Positions 30,082 through 43,600 of a DNA stretch of 64,000 nt are shown here, in pieces. Position 1 is the stretch's first letter. Every line of letters begins with the position of its first letter. Below the pieces are notes generated by a model. It was given only the letters and a program-made list of their open reading frames with translations, searched no databases and was not told the origin of the DNA. The DNA comes from Zancudomyces culisetae HAW-14-8 (lineage: Eukaryota > Fungi > Kickxellomycota), in NCBI GenBank assembly GCA_052426225.1, contig JBNJNM010000011.1:1116001-1180000 (forward strand). Reading direction: 5' to 3'. The translations under genes were made by a program, and so were the position numbers.

Positions 30082-32550
30082 TCATATAAAAGTCGAAAAC
30101 TTCTCCCAGTTCAAGGGAGTGGGAACAGGTAAATTGAATTGTTTCGCTGAAGGGCTGGTCGAATGGCGAAGACCCTTCATAAAATTTTTGGAAGAAATGG
30201 CGGGGTCAGCGAGAAAATGGAAGTTTTGTTTGACAGGTGTAGTGATCTCACCATATGCCTGGTTGTCTTCGTTGTTAGCCGCAGCGGTAGAGCTCGAAGA
30301 ACCATTAAATAAATTTCCTGTTGAGGAGTTATCTAAATCAAGATAAAGGTTGAGTGACGTAGAATCGCTGTGAGACAGATCGTTATAGGTAGCACCAAGT
30401 TCATCTTCCTTTGCAAACATATCTTTCATGTCATCGTTAAATGGAGAGGTAAAATCAAAATCGTTAAATGGACTAGGTGGGGCATATATTGGGGTTTTTT
30501 TAGTGCTTTTTATTAGAGAACTTTCGGGTGAAGATCTGGGTGATGTATTAGGGATTTTTTGACCGAGCCTTGAAGGAGAACTACTTGGGCTGCCAGTGAG
30601 TGCAGAGTAAGAAAGAGCAGTTGGATGAGGTAGTGACCCTCTGGTTTGTTTTCTCAACATATTATCCGTGGATTTCTCCAAAGGTTTTTCTGAAAATTCT
30701 TTCAAAACCACTTCAGAGAGTATGGGAGGAGGGCTAACAAGTGTGGATCGTTGCTGCGTATGGTATTTTTGAGAAGTTTTGAGGGCTGCGGGACTAGGGG
30801 ATACATTTGAAAGGATTTCAGCCATGCTGTTAAATCGGAGCGGAGTGGGTTGTCGGAGCTGGCTTGTCCTTTTCTTAGAGGAAACTAAGTCCCTGATACC
30901 GCCACTAAAAGACATACTGGACTGGGTGCGTATAGCTGCTCGCGGAGTTAGTACATAAAGCTCATCAGAAGCAAAACTTTTGATTCGAGAAGTATTAAAA
31001 TCCATTACTGAGTGTTTACCGAAGCCCAAATTTGGGCTATATAAGCCGATACGCGGGGACTCTGCTTTGTAGAAGGAGAAAAAGGACGAATTCTTAACCT
31101 GAACGATTTCTTCTAATAGGGATTTCAATTCAAGATATGTTTCTTTTTTTGCCCTCTGGTAGTCAAGGTTACATCCTGAGAGTGCATAAGACAGGTATGC
31201 AAAGATTGTTTTGTTCCGTATGTCAAACACAATCTTGGACATTTGGAAGAGTAGTTGCTTTTTAACATCAGTAATTGAGCCGATTTGAACAACCAGTTTT
31301 TTAAAATCAGTTTCACTGCAATCACTTTCGTCATTCGAAAATGTACAATCCTGCAAAGAAAAGTCAGAAGTTGAAAAGTTATTTTTGTAAAATAGACCAC
31401 TTGTATTATACCTACTTAGTCTTGATTTCTGTATTTTTCTAAACTCGTGGTTTCTTTGGTTTCTAAATTCAAGGATTTTGGCTTTTACCATGGCTATCAT
31501 GCTGTATAGGTTCTGATGTAGACTCTTAAACTTTTTAATTTCAGAAAAAAGATTTATGTCCAGTTTTATGCTTTGCAATTTTGCGCTAAGACATTTATAA
31601 TCCCGTTCGATTGATCTGAACAAAGTTTTCACCTTTGTAGGACCATCTTGATCAGTGATTCTGTAGCTGTAATCGCTGTACCCAGCTGAATTAATGCTAT
31701 TTCCGTTGTTCAATGCACTGGAATCCAGTATTCTAAGTTTGCTGCACATCAGATCCGCTTTTGTCGTGATGAGCCTAAGTTCCCTTTTGTAAATGCCGTA
31801 TTTTGACCTATACAATTCAATTTTATCATCTAAACCGTCCTGTGAGTTCTTGGTCAAATGGGAATACCCACCAAGATATATCCCTTGTATATTTTGGCTG
31901 CCTCTGAATTTTGCTCTACTGTTGTTTGTTTCTTCTCCCCTTTCAGTACTATGAAGCTGTGCAACAGTTTCACTGGCGAGCTTTTCTATCTTTTCTCCCA
32001 GCTTGAATATTTGCTTTTGTAATATCCCACATTCGTCCAATAATGCAAAACACTTTTGTGTTTGTGTAATTTTATTTTGAGCAGCATTTATTTTTGTTTG
32101 TATGCTTGTCCAGTCGCTCAGTAAACTATAGATATATTCGAGTGAATACAATGCAGCAGTATGTGTATGACCATCATTCTCTTGTGTAGTATACTTTAAT
32201 TCTTGAAATATAGTTGAATCGTTGTTTCTCTCGCTACCTTCCACACAATAAAGAGATTTTGGACTGCCCTCTTTATAAAAGCCATTGTTGCCATCAGCTT
32301 CAAAATAGGCTTTTGCTTGCTCTCGTTCATCAACACTATTTTTCAAGTTTAATGCCAACTTGGTTGCGCCTTTTGTCCACTCTTCTGAAGAATCAAGAGC
32401 TCGTGTCACATCTCCCAGCTTCTCTTCAAACCCGTTGGCACTTAAAAGGGGTGTAAGCTGTTCAAGCAGATTCGTGCCAATGGCTAAATGGGCCCTCAAC
32501 TGTTCTGCGAGACAGTCAACAGTCTCGCCACTTTCAATTCCCCCATTCAT
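30082..32550 (-). CDS. Uncharacterised protein with helical/coiled-coil N-terminal two-thirds and Ser/Pro-rich disordered tail
   Basis: 822 aa open frame with heptad-like segments and many SP/TP sites at the C-terminus; no family recognised. Confidence 0.75.
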   Translation of the reverse strand: MNGGIESGETVDCLAEQLRAHLAIGTNLLEQLTPLLSANGFEEKLGDVTRALDSSEEWTKGATKLALNLKNSVDEREQAKAYFEADGNNGFYKEGSPKSLYCVEGSERNNDSTIFQELKYTTQENDGHTHTAALYSLEYIYSLLSDWTSIQTKINAAQNKITQTQKCFALLDECGILQKQIFKLGEKIEKLASETVAQLHSTERGEETNNSRAKFRGSQNIQGIYLGGYSHLTKNSQDGLDDKIELYRSKYGIYKRELRLITTKADLMCSKLRILDSSALNNGNSINSAGYSDYSYRITDQDGPTKVKTLFRSIERDYKCLSAKLQSIKLDINLFSEIKKFKSLHQNLYSMIAMVKAKILEFRNQRNHEFRKIQKSRLSRYNTSGLFYKNNFSTSDFSLQDCTFSNDESDCSETDFKKLVVQIGSITDVKKQLLFQMSKIVFDIRNKTIFAYLSYALSGCNLDYQRAKKETYLELKSLLEEIVQVKNSSFFSFYKAESPRIGLYSPNLGFGKHSVMDFNTSRIKSFASDELYVLTPRAAIRTQSSMSFSGGIRDLVSSKKRTSQLRQPTPLRFNSMAEILSNVSPSPAALKTSQKYHTQQRSTLVSPPPILSEVVLKEFSEKPLEKSTDNMLRKQTRGSLPHPTALSYSALTGSPSSSPSRLGQKIPNTSPRSSPESSLIKSTKKTPIYAPPSPFNDFDFTSPFNDDMKDMFAKEDELGATYNDLSHSDSTSLNLYLDLDNSSTGNLFNGSSSSTAAANNEDNQAYGEITTPVKQNFHFLADPAISSKNFMKGLRHSTSPSAKQFNLPVPTPLNWEKFSTFI

Positions 32551-35500
32551 AATGATTTAATGCCTCTATGTTTTGTTCACAATAATAAAAATAGGTATGA
32601 TAAATGACATGTAAATAAAATGAAATTAGTATGAAAATGATTTGTGACCAGGTTAGTGCTTGTTTTGTTATCAGAAAAAGATAGGGTATATATCTCCTTC
32701 CACTGCCCCCTACTTTGGTTTGCTACTATAATTAAAATATTGTCGATGATTAAACTAATTTTTCTAATGTATTTTTTTCTCGATTTACCTAAAACTTATT
32801 TCAAGTAAAAATATACTGCTTTAATTAATTAACTAATATTCGTTCTCGTACGACGCTCAGCATTATAGTGTTTATAATCAGAGAAAGCGTATTCGTACAC
32901 ACTTTGTTGAAGCTTTAGGCTTTGTTGTGTGCGTTTTTTTTTGCAAAATCTAAACAAGTATTTACCTTCTTGCTTTGCTCATCATACATAACAGGCTTAG
33001 TCAGACTTGGCTCCTTGAAAAAAGCGCAGGCAAATAATTTAAATGAATTCAATTTTTTTTATGTTTTTCTTTTACATAAGACTATTCCTTTACCTTCCCC
33101 AAAGATTGTACATAATAGTCAAGATTTGTTAAATATATATTTTGTTTACAAATTTTATTACAAAACTTTGTAGTGTTAAAATTTTTGGATTTTAGCATTT
33201 CTTTCCATCTATTTATTCCAAAGATGAAACGGAACCATGGCAAAATAATAATATCTTTAGTTAATCTCTTTGTATTGACTTTTTGCAAATTATCAGTATT
33301 ATTTTATTTTCACTGTTTATACATTATCCTTTAAATATTTTTTTCAATTAAAGCTCTTGAATTTAGAATTCTGTGTTTTCTCGATACTTATAATGTACGA
33401 GAAATACCCAACACGCAACCAATAACTAACGCCACTAGTTTCTCGAAATCTTGCTGTATATTTCTCATGTGGTAGAAACTTGATACCATTGAACCAAGAT
33501 AAGAGGCGGGCAGTGAGATAAAACGAACAACCTCTACCCCGTGTACCAATTTCGATCCTGTGTATATCAGTTGTGTTTTTATTTTAGGCATTAATCGCAC
33601 TTGGATTAAACACACCTCATGGGGTGTTTCCTCCTTTGTTTATAAACTCCATTTTACATATTCAATTGTCTTGTACAACATTTTAATTAAAATTTAGCTG
33701 AGTAAGTGTGTAGTTTAAAGGAAAGGTCTATTTCTCTGTATTAGTTTCACTTGGAGTCTAATGGGATACTGCGAAAAAAAAAGCCAAATATAAATGGTCA
33801 GTATTCACTAAAAACACTCTATGTAAAGACAGTATCCCAGAGTAAACAGAAATAAGATGATAAAGCTGGGGAAAGGTATGGCAAATACCTGACGAAATAA
33901 CAGCAGAGGTTATTCATGATGTATTTTGGTGGGTATGGGTGGGGAGAGCGGGAGCAGGAGCGGGAGCGGGAGGAGGGTTCGGATTCTCGGGATTTATTTT
34001 CGATTGGGGCTGGAACAAGCCATAATTGTCTTTTGTTTTTGATTCGGAAATTTAGCAAATTCAGTTCCACAACCGCTAACATTTTTTCTGACCCTGCTTT
34101 TACAAATGGATTGGTTAACAGGGCCAATCAAGTTTAAGCAGTATCTATATTTATGTCGCTTTGATATACATACACCATCCCACACTGAACAACAAAAACA
34201 ATTTCTAATAATGGTGTTTTAGTGATTGTGCTCACTCGCTTTTTTTAGATTTGTAGAATGTATATTGGAAATTTGGAAGTTTGACTGGGTAATTATTTAA
34301 GTTATTAATAGTCGCATTTAATAGATAAATCATACATGTTTGTAAAAATGATAATATCCTGAACATACACCTGTGATACCATTTTCCCAGTTTGCAGTAA
34401 AATAAAAGTATATAGTTAGTTAGATAGTTAGATGAGTAAAAGGAGACTTTATTCAGTCGCATGTTCTTCTAAGAATATAAAATCAAAATAAATTCACTAA
34501 CTGGAAGCACACAAGAGTGATTATAATGGTGATGAGAAAATATATTTTTACTTTTGTTTGTGACGAGCAAATGTGGTGAACACCACTATTTTAACTTCCT
34601 GACTCGAAGCTAGAAGTATACTATTGCTAGTCATCACTATTATATGGGAATTTGTCTTTGTTATTGTATTTTTACCTTATGGAAGTTTGATATGAAATCA
34701 ATCAAAATATTAAAACTTTATTTCATTAAACTTGAATAAAAACATATATGGATATTAAACCGAATTCAATTTCCCGAATCTTTACGTAATGCTATTGATA
34801 AATTCAAAGTTTAAATCTTTTTTTAACTTTACAGTACTTCAACACGTTATGACTAGTCATAGCAAAAGTATATTTAGAAAAAATCAGATAATTAGACATA
34901 AACAACCCTTGAAAAAAAATACAACATTAGGTTAGAAATATATGTGGAGAAGGTGGGTAGATGAGAGGCAGAGGCAGAGGCATAGATAAAATATTAATAT
35001 TGCAAGTATGTATTTATTGGAGTTACAAGTAGTGATGAGGTATGATGTGTTATATTTTGATTTACATTTTGCAATTATTATATTGCCACTAATACCATAA
35101 TTAAACTCATGAAAATGTAGACATGATGTATATCGGAACGTGCAATAATGACGTACTTATGCCTTTATATATACTGATCAGGTAGTACAACAGAATTAAA
35201 TTGTTTTAAACTATTCAACAGAGTAGATGGTAGTACATGAATAAGAGCTATTTATTATATATTTTTAATCCATTTTTTACTCTGGCTTCTTTGTCTAGGG
35301 GTAAATAACAAAAAAGATTATTAACACGACTGTAGTGAGAAATAATGCCCGAGATATAATTCAACTATGTAAATAAATACATACATTTATACCGAATTGG
35401 GATTTTCTAGGGTCTAAATTGCCGTACGTGAATGACACGTAGAGTTTGTGGACGATTTGTGAGTTTTGAGATATTTCCACTGTTTTGTGTGTTGCATTTT

Positions 35501-37647
35501 ATCATCCAACACTTCTCTATTACCCCACACCAATTTACTCGGTTATTTGGTTTTAATATGACGCAGTAGATGATGTGGTCAGTATCTCTGTAGCCTTTGA
35601 TAAAATCTTGAAACGTAATTTGCAAGGATTAATGTCATGTGCACATACAAAATATATTTTGAAATATCAAACATAATGTTAAACAAGCACTATACCTTGG
35701 TACATATTACTGTTTACATTGGTTATAGAAACAAGTATTGATTATGAACCATAGAAAAACCATGATAAGTAGAAGTTAAAATAAAAATCAAAGATTACAT
35801 GATATCCTTTATGGTTAGTAATGTGTGTAGAGGATTTGTTGAACCATAACTATCCTGTTCCCTTTCTTAGTGTCAGGTTGTATTACCTGAAAAAGTAAAT
35901 CTCAAATAGGGTATGAGAATGAAATCAAATATTTACTTGGCCAGATTTAAAAAACGCCTACGTATTACTTGTAGGGAAAAGTCATTTTTAACCCAGATAT
36001 TCATCTATTGTGAGGGTAATGAGAAAAATTGGCGGGTGAGGGTTGAGGAGAGAGAAAGAGAGAAACAAAAGCTGGTTTACTCACTTGTTTTAATTTTGGT
36101 TTTAGTTGTATGGTTATCCAATTTCAAGTTTTTTTTCAGCTTTTTCTTTTTCTTTTGTTTTCCGTAAATTACAAGTTCCACCAAAAATGAAAAATAATAG
36201 TAATGACAATTAAAAAAAAGGTGGGGAGAATGGAAAAAAAAATCCGTGATTGAAATATTTACAAAACGATTTTTTTTTTATCTTTTGTAAAACAAAGGAT
36301 TAGATAAACTGTTAAGAATTCTAAACTCAATTAAAATTGATATACAGGTGTATTTTACACTTTGTAAACATGAATACATACGTTTAATATATTTATTAGT
36401 ACTCGAAACTCAATTGTATTTGTATAAAAGCGTAGTAAATACAAAATATATGTCGAATATTTAGAAATCTATTAATGGTTAAGCAAGGTTTTACTTTTCT
36501 AGAAAAGTTGCAGGAAATAAAAAATAGAGTTGTTGATATATCATTTCATTTTTATTTTGTTTTCACGGCTAATATCATTAAATTGGTTTACTGTTTAAAA
36601 AAATTTTCAATTAATTTTTATCGCTTTATTGTATACAAAGTAAATCTTCACATTTAATAAAGATAAATGATTATAGAGGTAAAATAAAAACATGGTCGCA
36701 GCTGTTGTTGTAAGGTAATAAAAATAAACAAACAATGTTGCATACAGGACTTGAATTTATTTCTTGGATTTTTAGTGTTTTTTTTTCCTATTGCTTTTTA
36801 TTTTTATTTTGTTTTACATAAAAAGTGAAAACAAATTCAATATATACTATGTCCCATCTCCCATCTCTAAATCTTCCTTTTCTTTGTATTTATTCCACCC
36901 ATACACTCTCTACTCTCCCCTTCCTCTCCACACAAAAATCAATGACACACACCCCTTTCAAAAAAAAATAGTATAAAAAAATAAAATAAAGATGATAGAA
37001 AAAAATAGAAAAAAAAACAAGCAAACAAGTTGGCAACGTGTTTTCGTATCGTAACCAATTTGCAACTACTGTTTGCCATTATTGCTATTGCTACTACTAT
37101 TACTATTATTATTGCTATTACTATTAGTGTTTAAAATTAAATTTTTTTTAAAAAAAAATGTTACTATATACAAAAATAATAGAAAAATAATCTTGAATAT
37201 AAACAAGAAAAAGAATACTTTATAGATGGTAGTGAAAATAGGAATAAATTGGAATTGCAAAGAGAAATTTATTTATTTTCTTTTTTTTTTACACAGTGGA
37301 TAAGGAGGAAGACCAAGATTTGTTGAGTTTGGTATAAAGGAACACTATCGTAACCAGGGACCTTGGACATAATTGACACGAAATAGCGTAAAATAAAAGC
37401 TAAACAGTACAAAGAATAAAATAATAATTGAAGAAATTTGTAGATATAGTGGCGCTAGAATTCTGGTATAGAAATAAAAAAAAAGACAATTGAAAGAAAA
37501 AAAGGGGAAGGGATGAGATTTTTTGTGTAGTACTATTTCTAGCATTTACAAGAACCAAATATAATACAATCATTTAAACGGGGATTTTCTTTTCTTTTTT
37601 TTTTAAAAAAAAAACACAAAAACGAAAAAAGGAAATACAAGGCAAGA

Positions 37648-40600
37648 ATGAATGAGGAATATGGAGGAGCAGGAGGAGGAAGAGGAGAAAGAGGAGAAAG
37701 GGATCAGTATGGAGGGAGACCAAAATACTATGAACGCAATAGTTCGCCTATGGATGAATATGAATACATAGACAAATATGAAAATGCAGGTTATGGAATG
37801 AGGCGACCAGAGGGTATCCACCAAGCGATTGTGGAAGAAATAGGAGGGGGTAGTGGTAGTGTTGGTAGTGTTGGTAGTGGTGGAGGGAGTGGTAGGGGAC
37901 GACCAGTTTATGGAAGAGACTTTGATTGGGAAGAACGAGAGAGGGTGCAATTGGCAAGAGATCGTGTACATGGAGCAGGGGGACAAGTAGAATACGGGGA
38001 AGAGATGACAGGGTACTATTCAAACAGTCCACGATACCCACCACACAATCCACAGTATATTGAGAGAAGAAGATGGGAAGATGAGGGAGAGGTGTTGATG
38101 GAAGGAGAACCAGAGCTATACAGGAACGAAAGAGATGTGGAATATGGACCTCTACATTATGGCGAGGAGGGAATAGGAGGAGAAATAGCACGACAAAGGA
38201 GAGGGATAGAAGATAGGAGATACGAAATGGAAAGGTATGCGGGTATGCGTCATGGCGAAAGAGGGGGGGAAATTAGAGATGATGATGATCCACGAGGGTA
38301 TTATGGAAAAAGAGAGCAGTACGATAGGTACTATGACAGAGGGTATGAGAATAGCGAGGAGATTGTTCGGAGTAGGGAGAGATTTCCAAGAGAGCAAATG
38401 ATGGACTCGGAAGAAAGATACACACGAAGGTATATGGGTAGTGGTGGTGAAGATTTACATCCTTCCCATTCCCATGCTCACGCTCACTCTCGTTATCAAC
38501 AACAGCAACAACAACCGTACTATAGAGATGATGAAATTGGAAGAGGAAGAGGAAGAGGAAGAGTAAAAGGAGAGGAGGAGGGAAGAAATTATAGGGCAGG
38601 AACATCAGACTATGGTATGGGATATGAAAGTGAGTACAGAACGAGGATAAGTATGAATGGAGAGGAAGAGGAGGACGAAAGAGTGGGATACATCCAACAG
38701 CCAGAACAGTCGCGACATCTGGGAGAAGATAGATCCAAGGGATTAATAAATTTGCTGAATGCAGGAATGGATGAAGAGTGGGATGGTCAAGTGAGCACGG
38801 CAGTAAAGAAGGCTGAGGGGGATGAGGAGGAGAAAGGAGCGATGGGGTATTATGATGATCAAGGAGATGGAGGAGAGGACGAGGATGATGCGGCAATGAT
38901 GTTGTTGGGATTGACAACTAGCAGTCACGGTCATGGTCATGGTCATAGTCATAGTCATAATCAAGAAGTAAGGGGTAGTACAAGCAAAGAGCGACACAGC
39001 AATCGGGTGTCGATTTCGAATTTGTTGAGTATGACAGATAATAAAGTGGAAAATGATGGTGATGATATAGGGAATGGGATGGAGGGACAAGAGGGTAATG
39101 GTAATGATATTGATATTGGATCGACGGAGGATTACTATCAACGTCAAAAGGTAGGATATGGTGATAATGGTAGAGGGGTTGAAAGAGAGGTACATGTTGG
39201 ACGGGATAAAGAGGGGAAGGAAAATACACTAGCGGAAGAAAGAGAAAGAGAAAGACAAAGGGAGAGGGAAAGGGAGAGGGAAAGAGAGAGGGAAAGAGAG
39301 AGGGAAAGAGAGAGGGAAAGGGAAAGGATTCAGGCAGTGAGTGTGGAGGAAGTTCCAGTAGGAAGGAGTAGGGGGTTAGCACGAAAACGAAGGGCGCCGC
39401 AAAGTAAAAGTAACAACAACAACAATAATAACAACAACAACAATAACAACAACAAAAATAACAACAATAGTGGTGGTAATGGGGTAAAGAGTGTACAGAG
39501 CAGAGGGTTGAGGGAGTTTTATGGAGGGCAAATAGAGAAAGATGGAAGGAGAGGAAATAGAGCAACAATAAAGGAAATGGAATTTGATTTTGATATAAAC
39601 CGACCATTTGAAGCGAAGAGTAAAGAGGTGGAGGAGTATAAGGCGTATTTGAAGACTAGGGGACAATTTGCGGTGGAATCATATATGAATAAGAGTCGAA
39701 AGCGAAGAAAAAGATATCACGAGCTATTTGTGGACAAGTATTATGCAAGACTTCCAAAAAAGCTAATGAATGATACCAGTATATTTGACGGAGAGGCGAA
39801 TATAATAACGAGCGATAGTAGTGAAGAAAGTGGGGATGGGGTAGCAGATCAAATGGTGGTGGATCCAAGAAAGTATAAGAGGCGAATGATACAAAGACAA
39901 AGGAATGCTGAGGAAGACGAAGATGGTGAGGGAGATGAGGAAGGACAAAGAAATAGGGAGAGGTATTGGGACTGGCAAAAAGATTTGAAGTCAGAGGATC
40001 AAAAGTCGCTGATCGACAGAGTGTATAAGCAAGTTCATGGGTTTGGATGGAATGGAGGAATAGAGATCCTGGACAAAAATTTACCAGGATTTCAATCGAC
40101 ATCATTATCGATGCATGAAAATAGACAGTACAATAGTGGAGCAATGATATCACAGCTACATAATGAGACAGGGTTTAAGTATGGTAGTGGTAGTGGTAGT
40201 GGTGGTGGTGGTAGGAATGAAAGTATTTCAATAAAACAAGAGGAAGAACAAGAGGAGGAGGTGGAAGAAGTGATAGACGAGGAAGAAGAGGAGCGGCGTG
40301 AAATACAAGCAAAAATGAAGGAGATAGCCGAGGCAGTACCCAAGGTATATAAGCAGATGCAGCAGATTCTAAACATGAAGCAGGCAAACAATAAAAAGAT
40401 AGTATACTATTGTCAGCGGGAGATGCGGCGGGTGTTTGGAGGGAATATGCATCGGGGTGGAGTGGCTACGACGTTGGGAGACAACCGGGCGTCGAAGGAA
40501 TCGATTATTCGTATGCGGCGAGCGACAAGAGAGTCGTTATTGTATTGGAAACGACATGAGCGGGAGGAGCGGGAGGCACGTAAGCGGGCAGAAAGAGAGG

Positions 40601-43600
40601 CGTTGGATAAGATGAGACAAGAGGAGGAGGCGAGAGAGGCAACTAGACAGTCGCGAAAGTTGAACTTTTTGATTACACAAACAGAGCTTTATAGTCACTT
40701 TGTAGGTAGTAAGATGGGGATGGAAATGGAAATGGAAATGGGAGGAGGAGGAGTTAATACAAATAAACATAAAAAGAAAGTAGGAGGATTACAACAACAA
40801 CAATCACAACAACAACAACAACAACATTATCAAGAAGAGGAAGAAGAGGAAGAGGAAGAGGGTGAAAAGGTAGATGATGATTTAGATTTTCTTAATGATA
40901 GTGATGAAAAAATCCAGGAACGTGCTAGAAGACAAGCACAAGATGCATTAGAAAAGCAGTTAGAAAAGACGCGAGAGTTCGATACAGATTCCAAACGACA
41001 CAAAACGGCAAGCCAGGAGGTGGAGTTGAAACAAGCAGTGGAGAATTTGAATTTCCAGGAACCATCGATGTTGGGAGAAGAAACGGTTCACATATCACAA
41101 CCCAAGATGTTGATGTGTAAATTGAAGGAGTACCAGCTGAAGGGGTTGAATTGGCTGGTGAATTTGTACGAACAGGGCATTAATGGGATTTTGGCGGATG
41201 AGATGGGTTTGGGCAAGACTGTCCAGTCGATATCTCTGATGGCGTATTTGGTAGAAAAGTATGGTATTTGGGGTCCGTTTATGGTCGTTGTACCTGCAAC
41301 CACTCTGCATAACTGGCAGCAAGAGATTTCGCGTTTTGTTCCCGACGTCAAGATTTTGCCGTACTGGGGAACCCAGCGTGACCGAAAGATTCTACGCAAG
41401 TCGTTCTGGGATGTTAAGAAGCTGGGCCGTCGAGACTCTCCGTTCCATGTATTGATTACCTCGTATCAACTGGTTGTATCTGACGAAACTGTGTTGAATC
41501 GTGTCAAGTGGCAGTACATGGTGCTAGACGAGGCCCAAGCCATCAAATCGTCGGCCTCGACTCGATGGAAAGTGCTGTTGCAATTCAAATGTCGTAATCG
41601 GCTATTGCTTACGGGCACACCCATCCAGAACAGTATGCAGGAACTGTGGGCTCTACTGCATTTTATTATGCCGTCTTTGTTTGATTCCCATGAGGAATTT
41701 AGTGAATGGTTTTCCAAAGACATTGAATCTCATGCTGAGACCAATTCCATGTTGAATTTCCGACAGTTGCAGCGCTTGCATATGATTCTCAAGCCGTTTA
41801 TGCTGCGACGTACAAAGAAGCATGTACAAAACGAGTTGGGCGAGAAGATTGAGCATTTGGTGTATTGTAATTTGACTCATAAACAGACCGAAATGTATAA
41901 AGGTTTGATGCGGCGCATCTCTGTCGATGATTTGTTGACCCGCCTCAACAACAACAACTACAAGTCTTCAAAGGAAAGTGACGAGAGTCTGATGAATCTA
42001 GTCATGCAGTTCCGTAAGGTTTGTAACCATCCCGAGCTATTTGAGCGTGGCGAAATCGAGAGTCCCTATGCTCTTGTCAACCATTCCTATGCCCCACTCA
42101 ATCGACCTGAAAGTAATTGGTTATATCAAAAGAGTTCTAAACCTGTGCTTGGTTTATATCTACCTAATCTTATTTCGGTTACATTGGCATATCAATTCAA
42201 ACGTGCTCGATTGTTTGTTGATCGATTTCTATCTCAATCCCAATCCCAATCTCAGTCTTTGTCTATTTTCAACAATTCTTACTATTCGCCTTATTATACC
42301 AATTTGGATTTGGAAACCCAAGCTTTATCAAACCTGCGTTTGTTGTTGTCTGTTACTAGTGATTTATATCAATATAGTGATCTCAAATCTCTGAATCCAA
42401 TGTATAAACCCAGTGTAATTGCTCCAACTCCTTCTCTTGTTACTTTTACTGCTAATCCTGTTCTTACCAACTACAATGACAACTACAACTACAACGACAA
42501 CTACATTAATAATGCTATTTCAACTGGTTGTATTAAATCCACTCTAAAACAACAATTACATGATATGTATCATCATACCAATTTTCCTAATTCATTCCTT
42601 ACCAAAGGTTCTTCTTTGGTATGGACTCCTTCCAGTGAAAAGTTGATATTGCATGCGGGAAAGATGAAGGTATTGGATCCTTTGCTATCACAACTCAAGG
42701 CTGATGGCCACCGTGTCTTGATATATTTCCAGATGACTCGGATGATTGATTTGATGGAAGAGTATTTGGCATACCGTCAATATACATACTTGAGACTCGA
42801 TGGGTCTAGCAAGATCAGTGATAGAAACAGTATGGTGATGGATTGGCAAACGAGGCCGGATATTTTTATCTTCTTGTTGTCTACTCGTGCTGGTGGGTTG
42901 GGAATCAATTTGACTGCTGCTGATACCGTCATTTTTTATGATTCTGATTGGAATCCCACCGTTGATCAACAAGCTATGGATCGTGCTCATCGGTTAGGTC
43001 AGACTAAACAAGTTACCGTTTATCGATTGATTACTCAGGGAACCATAGAGTTGCGGATTTTGGAAAGGGCAAGACAAAAGGATAATATTCATAAATTGGT
43101 TATTTCTGCTCATAAAAATAACCAATTGGTATCTCCCAATGACAATAGTGAATCTTCCTCCACTTCAACTAATAACAATAACAATAACAATAATAATAAT
43201 GGTGATGATGTAGATTCAAAGAGTAAACAGCAAGATGATCAAGAAATTCCAACTACTTCAGCTGAACTTCGTCCAAATGATATTGTATCTTTATTACTTG
43301 ATGAAACTGATGAATTGGATATGGAAAAGCTATCACTTCAACTAACCGAATCACGAGCACGTGCACGAGCAGAAGCACAAGCACAAGCACAACCACTTTC
43401 TCTTACAAATACTATGCAACAAACAAAAGATTTAATCAGCTCCAAGAAAATGGATATATTCGATGAATACTATCATCTAAAAGAACAATTGAAATTACAA
43501 CAGCAACAACATCAAAAGAGTCTAAAACGCTCTCGGAAATCTACTAAAGGTAAAAACAAGATGAAAAAGGATGAATCATTATCAAACTCGAATACCACCA

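Noticed and set aside
33388-34185. Cluster of short ORFs and G-rich repeats in the 5 kb intergenic gap
   Set aside because: No family similarity and no consistent exon chain could be built.
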